The translations under genes and the position numbers were made by a program. Positions 1-10,130 of a stretch of 38,070 nucleotides of DNA are shown piece by piece. This DNA is from a virus (Duplodnaviria; Caudoviricetes). Position 1 is the first letter of the stretch, and every line of letters begins with the position of its first letter. Where the stretch lies: the IMG/VR virus record IMGVR_UViG_3300025751_000053, positions 1 through 38,070 of that record. One strand, given 5' to 3'. The notes under the pieces are model-generated. The model saw only the letters and a program-made list of their open reading frames with translations, was not told the DNA's origin and did no database searches.

Positions 1-54
1 CCACCACCACCACCGGAAGAACCACCACCACCACCACCGGGAGAACCACCTCCT
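1..54 (+). repeat. CCA trinucleotide / poly-proline low-complexity repeat (coding)
   Basis: (cca)n ccg gaa gaa (cca)n ccg gga gaa cca cct cct. Confidence 0.85.
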
Positions 55-837
55 AGCGAAGACGGAGGTGGAGGCACACTAGCACTGCCTCCTAGTCTAC
101 GCGGTGTGCGGGAAGAACCCGGCGATGTTGTAGACATAGACTATTTGTATGATTTTGCTAAAGGGCTTGACCAACCGTTTCAAATAACTAAAGAAAACGA
201 AGATACAAAAAATTTATACATGTATGCAGAAGGTGGCGAAGTGGCTAACGAAGATGCAGTGGATATGCTTACCAGACCTAGAAGACCGGGCGAGTATGGC
301 AGACAATATTTTACAGAAGGGCGGTTTGTACCTACCGGCACGGCCCTAGGGGGTGAAGCTTTAGACCCAAATGCCGTACAGATACCGCAGTATAAGTATC
401 AAAGAGACGCAGTTACCCCTCAAAATACAACAACAATAGCAGCACCTATGGATGCTATCTCTTATACAACAGCCCCAAGTGAAGACGCAGAAATTGATGT
501 TGACACGCTTTTAGAACTAGTAGGGCTTCTGGGAATGGAGGGGCTGGGGTTCGCAGCAGGCGGTATGGCGCAAGGACAAGGACAAGGCTACTACCTAGGC
601 GGTGCTACTGATGGGATGGCTGACCTTATACCTGCTACAATAGACGGAAATCAACCCGCCGCTTTGAGTGACGGTGAATTTGTAATACCTGCTGATGTGG
701 TAAGTCATTTAGGCAACGGCAATTCAGAGGCAGGAGCACAACAACTATATTCAATGATGGATAGGGTGCGTGATGAACGTACTGGGACTACCAAACAAGG
801 CCCAGAGATCAACCCTACCAAGATGATGCCAGCTTAG
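1..837 (+). CDS. Virion-associated protein, 5'-truncated; Pro-rich linker plus conserved C-terminal domain
   Basis: Frame 1 is open from base 1 (PPPPPEEPPPPPPGEPPP...), so the 106 start in the ORF track is not the true start. C-terminal GATDGMADLIPATIDG..ALSDGEFVIPADVV motif is typical of phage virion proteins. Confidence 0.7.
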   Translation, partial: PPPPPEEPPPPPPGEPPPSEDGGGGTLALPPSLRGVREEPGDVVDIDYLYDFAKGLDQPFQITKENEDTKNLYMYAEGGEVANEDAVDMLTRPRRPGEYGRQYFTEGRFVPTGTALGGEALDPNAVQIPQYKYQRDAVTPQNTTTIAAPMDAISYTTAPSEDAEIDVDTLLELVGLLGMEGLGFAAGGMAQGQGQGYYLGGATDGMADLIPATIDGNQPAALSDGEFVIPADVVSHLGNGNSEAGAQQLYSMMDRVRDERTGTTKQGPEINPTKMMPA

Positions 838-847
838 GAGAATAGAA

Positions 848-1624
848 ATGCCTGATCCAGTAGGTCAAGAATCGTCAGCGGTAGAATCACTTTCTCCCTA
901 TGCTGAGCCTTATGTAACTGAGATGTTGGGCAAGGGTCAAGCTCTTGCCTCTACACCGTATGAAGCATATACCGGCGCTCTTACGGCTGGGCCTTCTGAG
1001 CTACAAAATCAAGCTTACGAAGGGATTGGAAGCCTTGCTATGCCTACGGCTAGCACTGCCGGTGATTTTACTGGGAGTACAGCACAAAGCTACATGTCTC
1101 CCTATATAAGCGCAGCCTTAGAACCTCAGATGGCAGAAGCTCAGCGGCAAGCAGAAATACAGCGGGTAATGAACGCAGGTAGATTGAGTAAAGCCGGTGC
1201 TTTTGGCGGGGGACGCCAAGCAATTATGGAGTCTGAAGGCCAACGCAACTTGCTTAGAAACCTTACAGACATTTACGGTACAGGTATGCAAACCGCCTAT
1301 GAGCAAGGTCTTGGGCAATTTAACAAAGACCGTGGGTATGGCTTAGATGTGCTAGGTACACAACGACAAGCAGGCGCTGAACAACGCGGTATAGAGCAAG
1401 AAGGTATTGCAGCAGACATTGCCCAGTTTCGAGAAGAGCGAGACGACCCTTTTAAGAAACTTCAATTCATGCAGTCGTTACTACAAGGTCTGCCTATCGA
1501 AGCTGTATCTCGTGAGTACATAGAGCCAGATAGCTTGAGTAAATTTTTAGATTACCTAGGTCTTGGTGCGGGTATTTTCGGCACCATAGCAGAAGGTGCA
1601 AAGAACATAAGTGAAATAGGTTAA
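848..1624 (+). CDS. Putative internal virion / DNA ejection protein
   Basis: AGGAG SD at 836-840. Gln/Ala/Gly-rich helical protein with AGAFGGGRQA motif and Gly-rich hydrophobic C-terminus; lies upstream of the SLT and giant proteins. Confidence 0.6.
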   Translation: MPDPVGQESSAVESLSPYAEPYVTEMLGKGQALASTPYEAYTGALTAGPSELQNQAYEGIGSLAMPTASTAGDFTGSTAQSYMSPYISAALEPQMAEAQRQAEIQRVMNAGRLSKAGAFGGGRQAIMESEGQRNLLRNLTDIYGTGMQTAYEQGLGQFNKDRGYGLDVLGTQRQAGAEQRGIEQEGIAADIAQFREERDDPFKKLQFMQSLLQGLPIEAVSREYIEPDSLSKFLDYLGLGAGIFGTIAEGAKNISEIG

Positions 1625-1627
1625 AAG

Positions 1628-4366
1628 GTGCAAATGATGCGAATGGATAATCAACAAGGTGGTATTGCTGCCCTTCAGCCTACTCCACAGCAGCAACTAG
1701 GTAGCATGGTAGGTGCACCCTCTGCCAGATTAGGAGCGCCCAAATCTCCTCAACAAGCTGCTGCCGAACAGGTAGTAGAAAGTGATGTTCCAAAAGAACT
1801 TGAGGCGCTTTTAAAAGAACGCAAAGCTATGGAGCTTTTGGCTTCAGCACAACGAGATAAGCAAGCTCAACAGCCTGTACAACCTCAGACTATAAAGTCT
1901 CAAGTAGAGGGTGGCATTTCCTCACTTATGCAGAGTCTCATGCCGGGTATGGCCCAGCGTGGTAGACAGGTGCAAGTAGCGCAAAACCGTCGCATGATGG
2001 GTATGGCGGGGGGTGGCATTGTGGGTATGGCTGAAGGCGGTCCTACACTCGGTGCAGTATCTCCGAAAGCAGCCGATCCTCAAGATGTTAAAAGGCTGGC
2101 TGATTTGTATCGTCAAATGCAGGCTTCTATGGATGCTGCTACAGACCCAACGGCCAAAGCTAATGTACAGCAAAGGTTAAATGACCTCAAAACCCAAATG
2201 GGTGACCAGCTACCCTTCGTTATGCAGTACCTAGATAGCACCAAGGGAATAATAGAACCACGTAGTAAGATGGCTGGCGGGAGCATTATTGGGTATGCAA
2301 AAGGTGATCTTGTAAGAGCTAGTGATATAAACATGGATAACCTGCTTGACGCACTTATGATTGCAGAAAGTGGGGGTAATCCCCGCGCCGTTAGTAGAGC
2401 AGGGGCGGAGGGTGCATATCAGATAATGCCTTCGACTGCGGAGCAGCCGGGATTTGGCGTACCGCCTATGGAGGGGAGCAGATTTGACCCCGAAGCTAGC
2501 AGGGGATTTGCTAGGCAATACTTACAAGCGATGATTGACCGCTACGACGGCGATGTGGAAGCTGCGCTTATTGCGTATAACGCTGGTGCTGGTAACGCCG
2601 ATAAATTTGTAGCAGCAGGTAGAGACTACGATGTGCTCCCCCAAACGATGCAAACACAACCTTACGTAGATAAGATTATGGGCCAACTAGAAAAAGAAGG
2701 CCGTAGAAGAGATATACAGTTAGGCGGAGGTAGAACCATTTCTACAACTGCACCTGAAGGTTATACAGAAAGAATGCGTAGGGAGAGGGCTGACAGAGTA
2801 CGTGGTATAGAAACTGCGCGTATGCCACCTCGTCCTCCGGTAGAAGCAGAAATATATGAACCGAACATACCTGACGCATTAACTGTAGCTAAACCACAGC
2901 AAGAACTACGCGATCCCGGTAGCACTTCTACCAAGTACACGCCAGAAGAAAGAGAATCCGGCGGTATCGGGTATTTACAGTACCTAGCTAGAAAGCAACA
3001 AGAAAAGAAAGACGAAGCTGGCCGCGCTGCTAGGTATATGGGGATGATGCAGAACCAAGAAGATATAATTTCTCGTGCTAATCCAGCCACCCGTCTCGCT
3101 GGGGTAGATACTAGAAAAGACTTCAGCACAGAAAGAAGCATGAAAAGCCCAGCACAACGCATGGAAGAAGCGTTTCCCGGCGCAAGAGAAGCAGCGGGGC
3201 GTTACGCTATGGATAAGGCATCGGGACTAGCTGCGTTAAGTGACCGTGCACCAGAAGCTACCAGAAGCAATAACCCGCTGGTCAATTTACGATCAGATAT
3301 AGGTGAATTAGGTAGTTATCTACGCAACATTCTTGGGTTTCAAGAAGGCGGAGAAATTAAAAAGTATGCTGGTGAGGATGAAAGTTTAGTTGAAGGCGAC
3401 AGTGCTTTTTTAGAGAGATTTGCTGTAAATCCTGTTACAGGAGAAAGACGTTCCCCTGAAGAGATTCAACGCCTAGCTCGTATGCAAAGGTATGCAGGGT
3501 CATTGGATGAAACAGTTACGCCAGAAATGCAAGTAAAATTGCAGCAGTTAGAGGAAGTAGCCGAACTTGCTACAGACTATCCTGATCGTGTAGGAGAAGC
3601 GGATGTACTGCGTACTCTCGAAGCCGTAGACACGACTAGACAAGAAGCACAAGCAGAAGAATCTGCGCTTGCACAAAAAGCATTACAAGCAAGGTTTAAA
3701 AAAGCTGGGTTGGAGTTAGAACCAGCAGGGCCACAAGGTACGTTACAGCAGTTAGCTGCTACTGGAGAAACAGGTACAGCACTTGCCGGTTTGTTTGGCG
3801 AAGGTGTTGATCGCCCTGCCAGATTTAGAAACGTAGAAGAAGCCCGTGAGCAGGCAAAAGACAGAGAAGGACTTATGAACCGTGTTGGTTCTGCTCTTAC
3901 ATCAGATAGAGCTAGGGCTATAGCTAATGCGCTCAGCAAGCTTAGTTATGCTGGCGGTGCTACTGAAGGCAACATAGGCAAGTCCTTAGTAACTGGACTA
4001 GAAGCAGAAGCGCAAGCAAGAGAAAAACTACGTTTACAGGAAGAAGCTATCAAAGCAGACAAACTGCGATCTGAAGCTACCTTGGAAGCTGCGCGTCAAA
4101 CGCGACTAGCTAAACAACGAGCTGATCTTGTAGATGCAATAGGTAAGTACGAAGGAACTACTCCTTACATACAAGCTTTAAATGCAAGAATAGAAGCAGG
4201 CGAAGACCCAGCAACTGCTAGAGCAGAGATAATAAAAGCTTTTATAGCAGAACGTATGCCAATACTCACTGGGCAAGGCGGTCTTACGCAGATGACAGGT
4301 TTAGGCAACGGTGTAACTTCAGAAGATGTCGCATCAGCCCGAGCTTATTTAGACGCACAGGCGTAA
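1628..4366 (+). CDS. Internal virion protein with soluble lytic transglycosylase (SLT) domain
   Basis: SLT motifs: ALMIAESGGNPRAVS (catalytic Glu), GAEGAYQIMPSTA, ALIAYNAGAG. True start is probably ATG 1634 or 1637 after AAGGTG. Confidence 0.85.
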   Translation: MQMMRMDNQQGGIAALQPTPQQQLGSMVGAPSARLGAPKSPQQAAAEQVVESDVPKELEALLKERKAMELLASAQRDKQAQQPVQPQTIKSQVEGGISSLMQSLMPGMAQRGRQVQVAQNRRMMGMAGGGIVGMAEGGPTLGAVSPKAADPQDVKRLADLYRQMQASMDAATDPTAKANVQQRLNDLKTQMGDQLPFVMQYLDSTKGIIEPRSKMAGGSIIGYAKGDLVRASDINMDNLLDALMIAESGGNPRAVSRAGAEGAYQIMPSTAEQPGFGVPPMEGSRFDPEASRGFARQYLQAMIDRYDGDVEAALIAYNAGAGNADKFVAAGRDYDVLPQTMQTQPYVDKIMGQLEKEGRRRDIQLGGGRTISTTAPEGYTERMRRERADRVRGIETARMPPRPPVEAEIYEPNIPDALTVAKPQQELRDPGSTSTKYTPEERESGGIGYLQYLARKQQEKKDEAGRAARYMGMMQNQEDIISRANPATRLAGVDTRKDFSTERSMKSPAQRMEEAFPGAREAAGRYAMDKASGLAALSDRAPEATRSNNPLVNLRSDIGELGSYLRNILGFQEGGEIKKYAGEDESLVEGDSAFLERFAVNPVTGERRSPEEIQRLARMQRYAGSLDETVTPEMQVKLQQLEEVAELATDYPDRVGEADVLRTLEAVDTTRQEAQAEESALAQKALQARFKKAGLELEPAGPQGTLQQLAATGETGTALAGLFGEGVDRPARFRNVEEAREQAKDREGLMNRVGSALTSDRARAIANALSKLSYAGGATEGNIGKSLVTGLEAEAQAREKLRLQEEAIKADKLRSEATLEAARQTRLAKQRADLVDAIGKYEGTTPYIQALNARIEAGEDPATARAEIIKAFIAERMPILTGQGGLTQMTGLGNGVTSEDVASARAYLDAQA

Positions 4367-4368
4367 AA

Positions 4369-7300
4369 ATGGCCGACTTAGACGTTATAAATCAGGCTTT
4401 TAAGAAAGCACAGGCCGCAGGCGATACTGAAAACGCTACACGTTTTGCTGAAATGCTTGTAAATGCGGCTCCTCCAGCACCTCCACAACCCGAAGTAGGT
4501 GTAGGGGAGGCTTTTGGTCGTGGGTTTGAGCGTGGTTTAGGTCGTCTAGGTTCTACTGTAACGGACGTTATCCCTGCGTTAGTAGGCAGTGCTTTTGGTG
4601 CAGAAGAATACGCTCAAGAGCAGCTTGCCGAAGCTGCTGAAAAGCAAGCGGCTTTACCTGCTCCGGCCTTTGAAAGCTTCAGGGATATTGAAGGTGTCGG
4701 TGATTTCACTAAGTTCGTCTCTGAGACTATCGGTGAGCAGATACCCAACCTTGGCGTTACTCTTGCTACAGCCTTGACAGGCGGTGCTGCTGCACCTGCA
4801 TTATTGGGCGGTAGAGCATTAGCCACTAAAGCAGCGACGGAAGCAGCGAAAACAGCAGCGGCAGGTACAGTCGCAAGCCAAGCAGCTTTAGGACAATTAG
4901 CTGGTGCAGGGTTTGGATCATACGCACTCAACGCCCCTGAGATATTCCAGAACATATATCAAGAAACTGGTGAGACTGCTGCCGGTACCGCTCTTTTGTT
5001 TGGTTCTGCTGCCGCAGCACTAGATTCAATACTTCCTGCTACTCTTGCCAAAAATCTCTCTGGGCCTATGAAAGTAGGTATAACAGAAAAGATACTAGAG
5101 AAATCCGGTATGGCTCCGGGTGTGTTGCGTTCGGGTACTGCGGGGCTTGCTAAAGGGTTTGGTACAGAAGGTCTGACGGAAGGTGCGCAAGAAGGTATTA
5201 GCATAGCTGCCGAACGATTTATTGATGAGAACCCAGACATATTTGGTAGCGATGAATGGAACCGGATCATGGAAGCTAGTGTACGTGGTGCAGTAGCTGG
5301 TGGTGGGTTTGGTACTGTTGGTGGTGGCGTAGAGGGTGCACGAGGCAGAGCTGAAAGAGGACGACGCCTCGCCGATATTACAGAGGCTAGAAAGCTACGA
5401 GATAAAGCACGTCAGAGAGAAAAGATACTTGGTGGTCAGTTAGACCTTCCGGGCGTAGAAACACTAGACCCGGATGTAGTGCAAGCAAGGCTAGATAAAG
5501 AAACTGCGGAAGCCGGTGCCGGAGTACCTACCGTAGTATCAATGCCTTACGCACTAGAAGCTGCGCGTAGGTTAAGACCGAACGAAGTGCCAGAAACGGG
5601 CACAGTCAAAGGACTTACAGAAGAACAACAAGAAGTTGTAAAAGAAGTACAACAGCAAGAAAGCGAAAGAATATTGTACGAAGACGCTGCTGTCGAAGCC
5701 CAGCGTCAAGGCGTTGCTTTTGACACTACTAAACCTGTAAGCGAACTTTCTGTAAATGAGTTAAACATACTAGATACAGTAGCAGAAAAAAGAAGAGGTT
5801 TATTCGGCGCAAAACAAAAACAAATGTTTACTAAAGAAGGTGAACTTGTTCCCTCTGTAGAACGACAGGCAAAAGCTTTTGATCGTGAGCAAAAAGCACT
5901 GGATAAAGCTGCCCAAAAAGAACGTGTTGCACAAGAAAAACAAGATGCAACGCGACGTAAAGAACTGCTTGAAGCAGAACAATTAGATTTGCCTTTACCT
6001 CCTGTAGTGCCAGAGACAGAAGTTAGTGAGGCTGTAACAGAAGAAGGACAAGGTGACATCTTCGCAGGTATGCCAGAGGGCGAAATAACACGCGCTCCAG
6101 CCGTAGGCCGTGCGCTTAATGACTTCCTTAAACAACAGAACTTACCTGTCAACGCTGCTACTAAAAAGGCTTTTGCTGGCCTAGATTTAGCGATACCTGA
6201 ACAGCGCACTCAAGCTATTAACAACCTGAAAGAAGTCGCGGAAAAAAGTGGGTCTACTGTAAATATACAGAAAATAGATGATGCCATAGCACGTCTGGGT
6301 GGCACTCCGTCACAGACTGTAGAAACTGTTGAGGCCGCAGACGTTACACCTACTGAAGAAGTTCAGATAGATGAGTTTATAGACGCAACAGAACCTGCGT
6401 TGAATAACTTAGACTTGGGCAAACCTATTGAATCTTTTTCAGCCACGTCACCAGACGCTAAAGACTCAAAGTTCAAAGTGTATGAGCGGCCCGATGGACA
6501 ATTTGTTACAGAAATATCCAGTCCGGGCAGATTAAAAGGTCAGCCTCCTGTCGTAGTTAGAACTACACAAAAAAACATAGAAGCAGTAGAACAAGCTAAG
6601 GAAAACGCAGTTTCTTCTATGGGAGTGCTTGAACAAGACAAGTCACTTGACTTAAAAACTCCTGCCTACCAAGGCAAAGCCCTGAGTGAAGAACTAACAG
6701 ACATAGCCAGACGTGGTAACTTCAGACAGCTTATAACTAGGCTGATACCCAATCAGCCAATCGAAATAAAACGCGTGCTGCGTAAGATTAGCGGGCTTGG
6801 TTTAACTACAAAAATAGTTGTTGGCCCTACTACAGAAGGTACAAGCGGGTCTTATGATCCTGTGACAAATACCATAACACTCGACCCAGAGACAGGGTTG
6901 AACGAGCACACATTCCTGCACGAGACGGTACACGCTGCCATATCACAGGTACTAAATGATCCAAACCACCCGCTAACAAAACAGTTCTTTGATTTCTATA
7001 CTGAAATTCATACGAATATTGATGGATTCTATGGAGGCCAAGACTTACAAGAGTTTGCCGCCGAGCTTGTTGGTAATCCAGAGTTTCAAGCTTACCTGAA
7101 ACAAATCAAAGCACCGAAAAGTCAAAGCATGTGGCAGAACATTATGGACGCCATTGCTAGATTCTTTGGGTTTCGTAAAGGTGAGACTGCTTATAATAAA
7201 GGTTTAGATTTTATAGACCAGATACTAGATGTATCACAGGACGTAGAGCCTACGCTAGTTGATAAGCTGTTCCTAGGCACTCCTAAAATGAGTGTGGATG

Positions 7301-9939
7301 CCATGAGCGAACTAGCCACCAGCGGTGCAGATTTTATTGGTAAGAAAAGAAATAAATTGTTCAGTGCCATTAGAAGCATTTTTGATTCAGAAGGTGGTCA
7401 ACCTATAGCTAGAAATGCCATGCGCGTCCTGCGTCTGCAAGACTTTATAAAGATGGTTGGGGACAAAATACCTCAAATAGCGTTATTGCAAAAAGCTATA
7501 TTAAGACGACGTGGTGCAGAAGACAGAAGGGTAAAAGGCGTACTAGAAAATTACAGAGAGTACGAAAAACTAGTAAAAGAACTTCCAGAACAAGCAAACG
7601 AAATGGGCGAGCTTGCTATAAAGTTCGCTTTTGGAGAGTTTGACGCAGTTGGTGTTGATCCGGAATTTAACGCGAGCAAACTCAACCCCGAGCGTAAAGC
7701 AAGATTTAACGCGCTTATGACTAGGTTTAATCGCCTAGATAAACGTGTGCGTGACATGTACGCATCAATACGTAAACAGTACAGAGACTCCTACGAAGAG
7801 TATAGGAAATTTGTATTAGATAACGCAGAGAATGAAGCAATCAGAAAAGATTTAGAAAAAGAGTTTGAGAAAAACAAACCGCTTATAGGGTATGTGCCCG
7901 CGCAAAGGTTTGGCAATTTTTACTTAGAATATGACACACCTAGCGGCGAAAGGTATGTAGATGCTTTTAAAAATGCTGATGAGCGCACTGCGTTTATCGA
8001 AGAAAATAGAAACAGAATAAGCAATGTCAGACCGTTTAATAAAATACAGGAAGCAACCAGTGGAGACTTTCCACCTTCTTCTTTTGTAGCAAAACTTATG
8101 GCGGCGATGCCTACCAAGGGTTTAAAAGATCAAGTACAAGATGCCTATCTCTCTTTCTACCCAGAGCAATCTATAATGCAGCGGTTCAGGAAGAGAAAGG
8201 AAACTCCCGGTGCATCAACAGATTTAGTGCAAGTATACGGCGACACTATGATTAGGTGGACTCGTAAACTAAGCACTTTAGAAACACTGCCGGAGATTGA
8301 CAGGCTACTGCAAGAAATAGCTAGCGTGCCTTCTACCGGGCTAGAAAACGCTGTACGTAGAGAAATAGTAGAAACAAGGGGCGCTTTTATTCGTAACCCC
8401 AACTACAACACACTAACCTCTTTCTTTGCCACAGGTGCTTACAACCTTTTCCTAACGGGTAATATATCTGCGGCTATAGTTAACTTAAGTGCTGTACCTC
8501 TACTGACTTTGCCGTTGTTGAGCGGCCCTTTTGGTTTTGCTAAAGCTAACTCCGCTGTGTTGAAGGCTATGAAAACAGCCATGGCACGGGGTGAAGATGG
8601 CTGGATAACTGATCCTCGCTACGTAAAACTAGCGCAAGAGTTAGACAAATACTCGCAGCGTACTCACACAATGCAGCGAGAGATACTAGACGGAGCCAAA
8701 CAAAGCACTCAGGACTTTGACTCTACTTCCGCAAAGCTAATGAACCTTGCTAGCGTGCCTTTCACCGAAGCAGAAATGTACAGCAGGTCAGTATCGGCTA
8801 TAGCTGCTTACGAATTAGCAATGCAGAAACGTCCGCCCGGTAAGCAATACAAGAACATGACGCAAGAGCAAGCTGCGTTGAAGTATGCTCTTGACACTGT
8901 GATGAACGTCAACACTTCAGGCATGGCAGCCGAAGGGCCAAGCATAATGCAGAACTCGCTTGGACGTGTGATGGGTACGTTCAAAACATTCATTTGGAAT
9001 AGCGCCACTGTAACTGCTCTGGCTATGCAACAAGCTGGTATGTTTAAGCCATTAGGTGTAAAGGCTGATCCCGATGCAGAGATACGTGCAATGGCACGTA
9101 GACAAGTAATAGGCATCTACGGCATGAGTGCAGGGCTGGCGGGTATAAACGGACTACCATTCTTTGGTGCTGCGGCTACATTTGCAAACATAATAAATGC
9201 GGTCATTGGTGATGAAGACGAACCGTTTAATGCTAAAGAAGAAATGCGATTGTTCACTAACGAGTTTATATTCAAAGGCCCACTTAACTACCTAACTAAC
9301 TTAGAAATATCCAACCGAGTTGGTCTTGCCAACGGTATGTTGTTTAGAGAAGACCCGTATAGTATAGAACAAAACGGTTATGTTATGACCGCATTGATGC
9401 AAGCTATGGGACCGGTGGGTAGTTATGCCCTAGGTATAGAAAGAAATGCAGGGAAATTCTTAGAGGCAGGAGAGTATGGGCGTTTCTTTGAGGCCATATC
9501 ACCTAGCGCGTTACGTAATATTTTGAAGACAGGCAGGTTTATAGAGGAGGGTGCTAGAACCGTAGATGGCTCTCCTATTGATACAGACATCAATGCATAT
9601 AACTTACTACTGCAAAGTATAGGTTTTACTCCTGCTGACTTATCTAGTTTGTACGAAAACAGAGCCGCTGCTCTAAACTACGAATCGAAGGTGCAGGCAA
9701 GAAAACAAAAGATACTGAAGAAATATTTTGTGGGTATAACCAGTGGAGACACTAAGGTTACTAATGCAGCCAGAAAAGAATTTGCAGATTTTGCTCAACT
9801 GTATCCTGAACTCGTAGGACCAGACACACTGGAGCGTTCTTTCCGCTCACGGCAATCTTACGTAGATAAGATGGTAGCGGGGTTGAAGTTTAACGCGAAA
9901 CTAGACAACCCCTTCGTCCGTGAGTTTGCTGTGGTCTAA
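4369..9939 (+). CDS. Giant internal virion / polyvalent-type ejection protein with zincin-like metallopeptidase domain
   Basis: 1856 aa; GSYDP..NTITL...TFLHETVHAA (HExxH) followed by LQEFAAE; Gly/Ala-rich hydrophobic N-terminal region; last gene of the structural block. Confidence 0.75.
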   Translation: MADLDVINQAFKKAQAAGDTENATRFAEMLVNAAPPAPPQPEVGVGEAFGRGFERGLGRLGSTVTDVIPALVGSAFGAEEYAQEQLAEAAEKQAALPAPAFESFRDIEGVGDFTKFVSETIGEQIPNLGVTLATALTGGAAAPALLGGRALATKAATEAAKTAAAGTVASQAALGQLAGAGFGSYALNAPEIFQNIYQETGETAAGTALLFGSAAAALDSILPATLAKNLSGPMKVGITEKILEKSGMAPGVLRSGTAGLAKGFGTEGLTEGAQEGISIAAERFIDENPDIFGSDEWNRIMEASVRGAVAGGGFGTVGGGVEGARGRAERGRRLADITEARKLRDKARQREKILGGQLDLPGVETLDPDVVQARLDKETAEAGAGVPTVVSMPYALEAARRLRPNEVPETGTVKGLTEEQQEVVKEVQQQESERILYEDAAVEAQRQGVAFDTTKPVSELSVNELNILDTVAEKRRGLFGAKQKQMFTKEGELVPSVERQAKAFDREQKALDKAAQKERVAQEKQDATRRKELLEAEQLDLPLPPVVPETEVSEAVTEEGQGDIFAGMPEGEITRAPAVGRALNDFLKQQNLPVNAATKKAFAGLDLAIPEQRTQAINNLKEVAEKSGSTVNIQKIDDAIARLGGTPSQTVETVEAADVTPTEEVQIDEFIDATEPALNNLDLGKPIESFSATSPDAKDSKFKVYERPDGQFVTEISSPGRLKGQPPVVVRTTQKNIEAVEQAKENAVSSMGVLEQDKSLDLKTPAYQGKALSEELTDIARRGNFRQLITRLIPNQPIEIKRVLRKISGLGLTTKIVVGPTTEGTSGSYDPVTNTITLDPETGLNEHTFLHETVHAAISQVLNDPNHPLTKQFFDFYTEIHTNIDGFYGGQDLQEFAAELVGNPEFQAYLKQIKAPKSQSMWQNIMDAIARFFGFRKGETAYNKGLDFIDQILDVSQDVEPTLVDKLFLGTPKMSVDAMSELATSGADFIGKKRNKLFSAIRSIFDSEGGQPIARNAMRVLRLQDFIKMVGDKIPQIALLQKAILRRRGAEDRRVKGVLENYREYEKLVKELPEQANEMGELAIKFAFGEFDAVGVDPEFNASKLNPERKARFNALMTRFNRLDKRVRDMYASIRKQYRDSYEEYRKFVLDNAENEAIRKDLEKEFEKNKPLIGYVPAQRFGNFYLEYDTPSGERYVDAFKNADERTAFIEENRNRISNVRPFNKIQEATSGDFPPSSFVAKLMAAMPTKGLKDQVQDAYLSFYPEQSIMQRFRKRKETPGASTDLVQVYGDTMIRWTRKLSTLETLPEIDRLLQEIASVPSTGLENAVRREIVETRGAFIRNPNYNTLTSFFATGAYNLFLTGNISAAIVNLSAVPLLTLPLLSGPFGFAKANSAVLKAMKTAMARGEDGWITDPRYVKLAQELDKYSQRTHTMQREILDGAKQSTQDFDSTSAKLMNLASVPFTEAEMYSRSVSAIAAYELAMQKRPPGKQYKNMTQEQAALKYALDTVMNVNTSGMAAEGPSIMQNSLGRVMGTFKTFIWNSATVTALAMQQAGMFKPLGVKADPDAEIRAMARRQVIGIYGMSAGLAGINGLPFFGAAATFANIINAVIGDEDEPFNAKEEMRLFTNEFIFKGPLNYLTNLEISNRVGLANGMLFREDPYSIEQNGYVMTALMQAMGPVGSYALGIERNAGKFLEAGEYGRFFEAISPSALRNILKTGRFIEEGARTVDGSPIDTDINAYNLLLQSIGFTPADLSSLYENRAAALNYESKVQARKQKILKKYFVGITSGDTKVTNAARKEFADFAQLYPELVGPDTLERSFRSRQSYVDKMVAGLKFNAKLDNPFVREFAVV

Positions 9940-10130
9940 ACCCTCCATATACGGATGCCCTGCACGCTGCCCTCTAGGGTTACCTTAGTCACGACTTTAT
10001 ACTTAAGCCGTTTAGTCTCAGCCAGTAACACTTGCTTGGCTGAGACAGGCTTAAGGCAGGGTATAAAGAATGACCAGCCGCGTTTAAATTTCTTCCAGTT
10101 GATCTGGTAATTCACGTTCTCTATCTGCAT
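9936..10130 (-). CDS. Small hypothetical phage protein
   Basis: 64 aa ending GIRIWRV; overlaps the primase-helicase end; GWSFFIPC motif looks like a real conserved protein. Confidence 0.65.
   Translation of the reverse strand: MQIENVNYQINWKKFKRGWSFFIPCLKPVSAKQVLLAETKRLKYKVVTKVTLEGSVQGIRIWRV

Noticed and set aside
1118-9116. Minus-strand ORFs within the virion genes
   Set aside because: Antisense shadows of long, motif-bearing + strand genes; Ser/Ala/Leu-rich with no SD or motifs.
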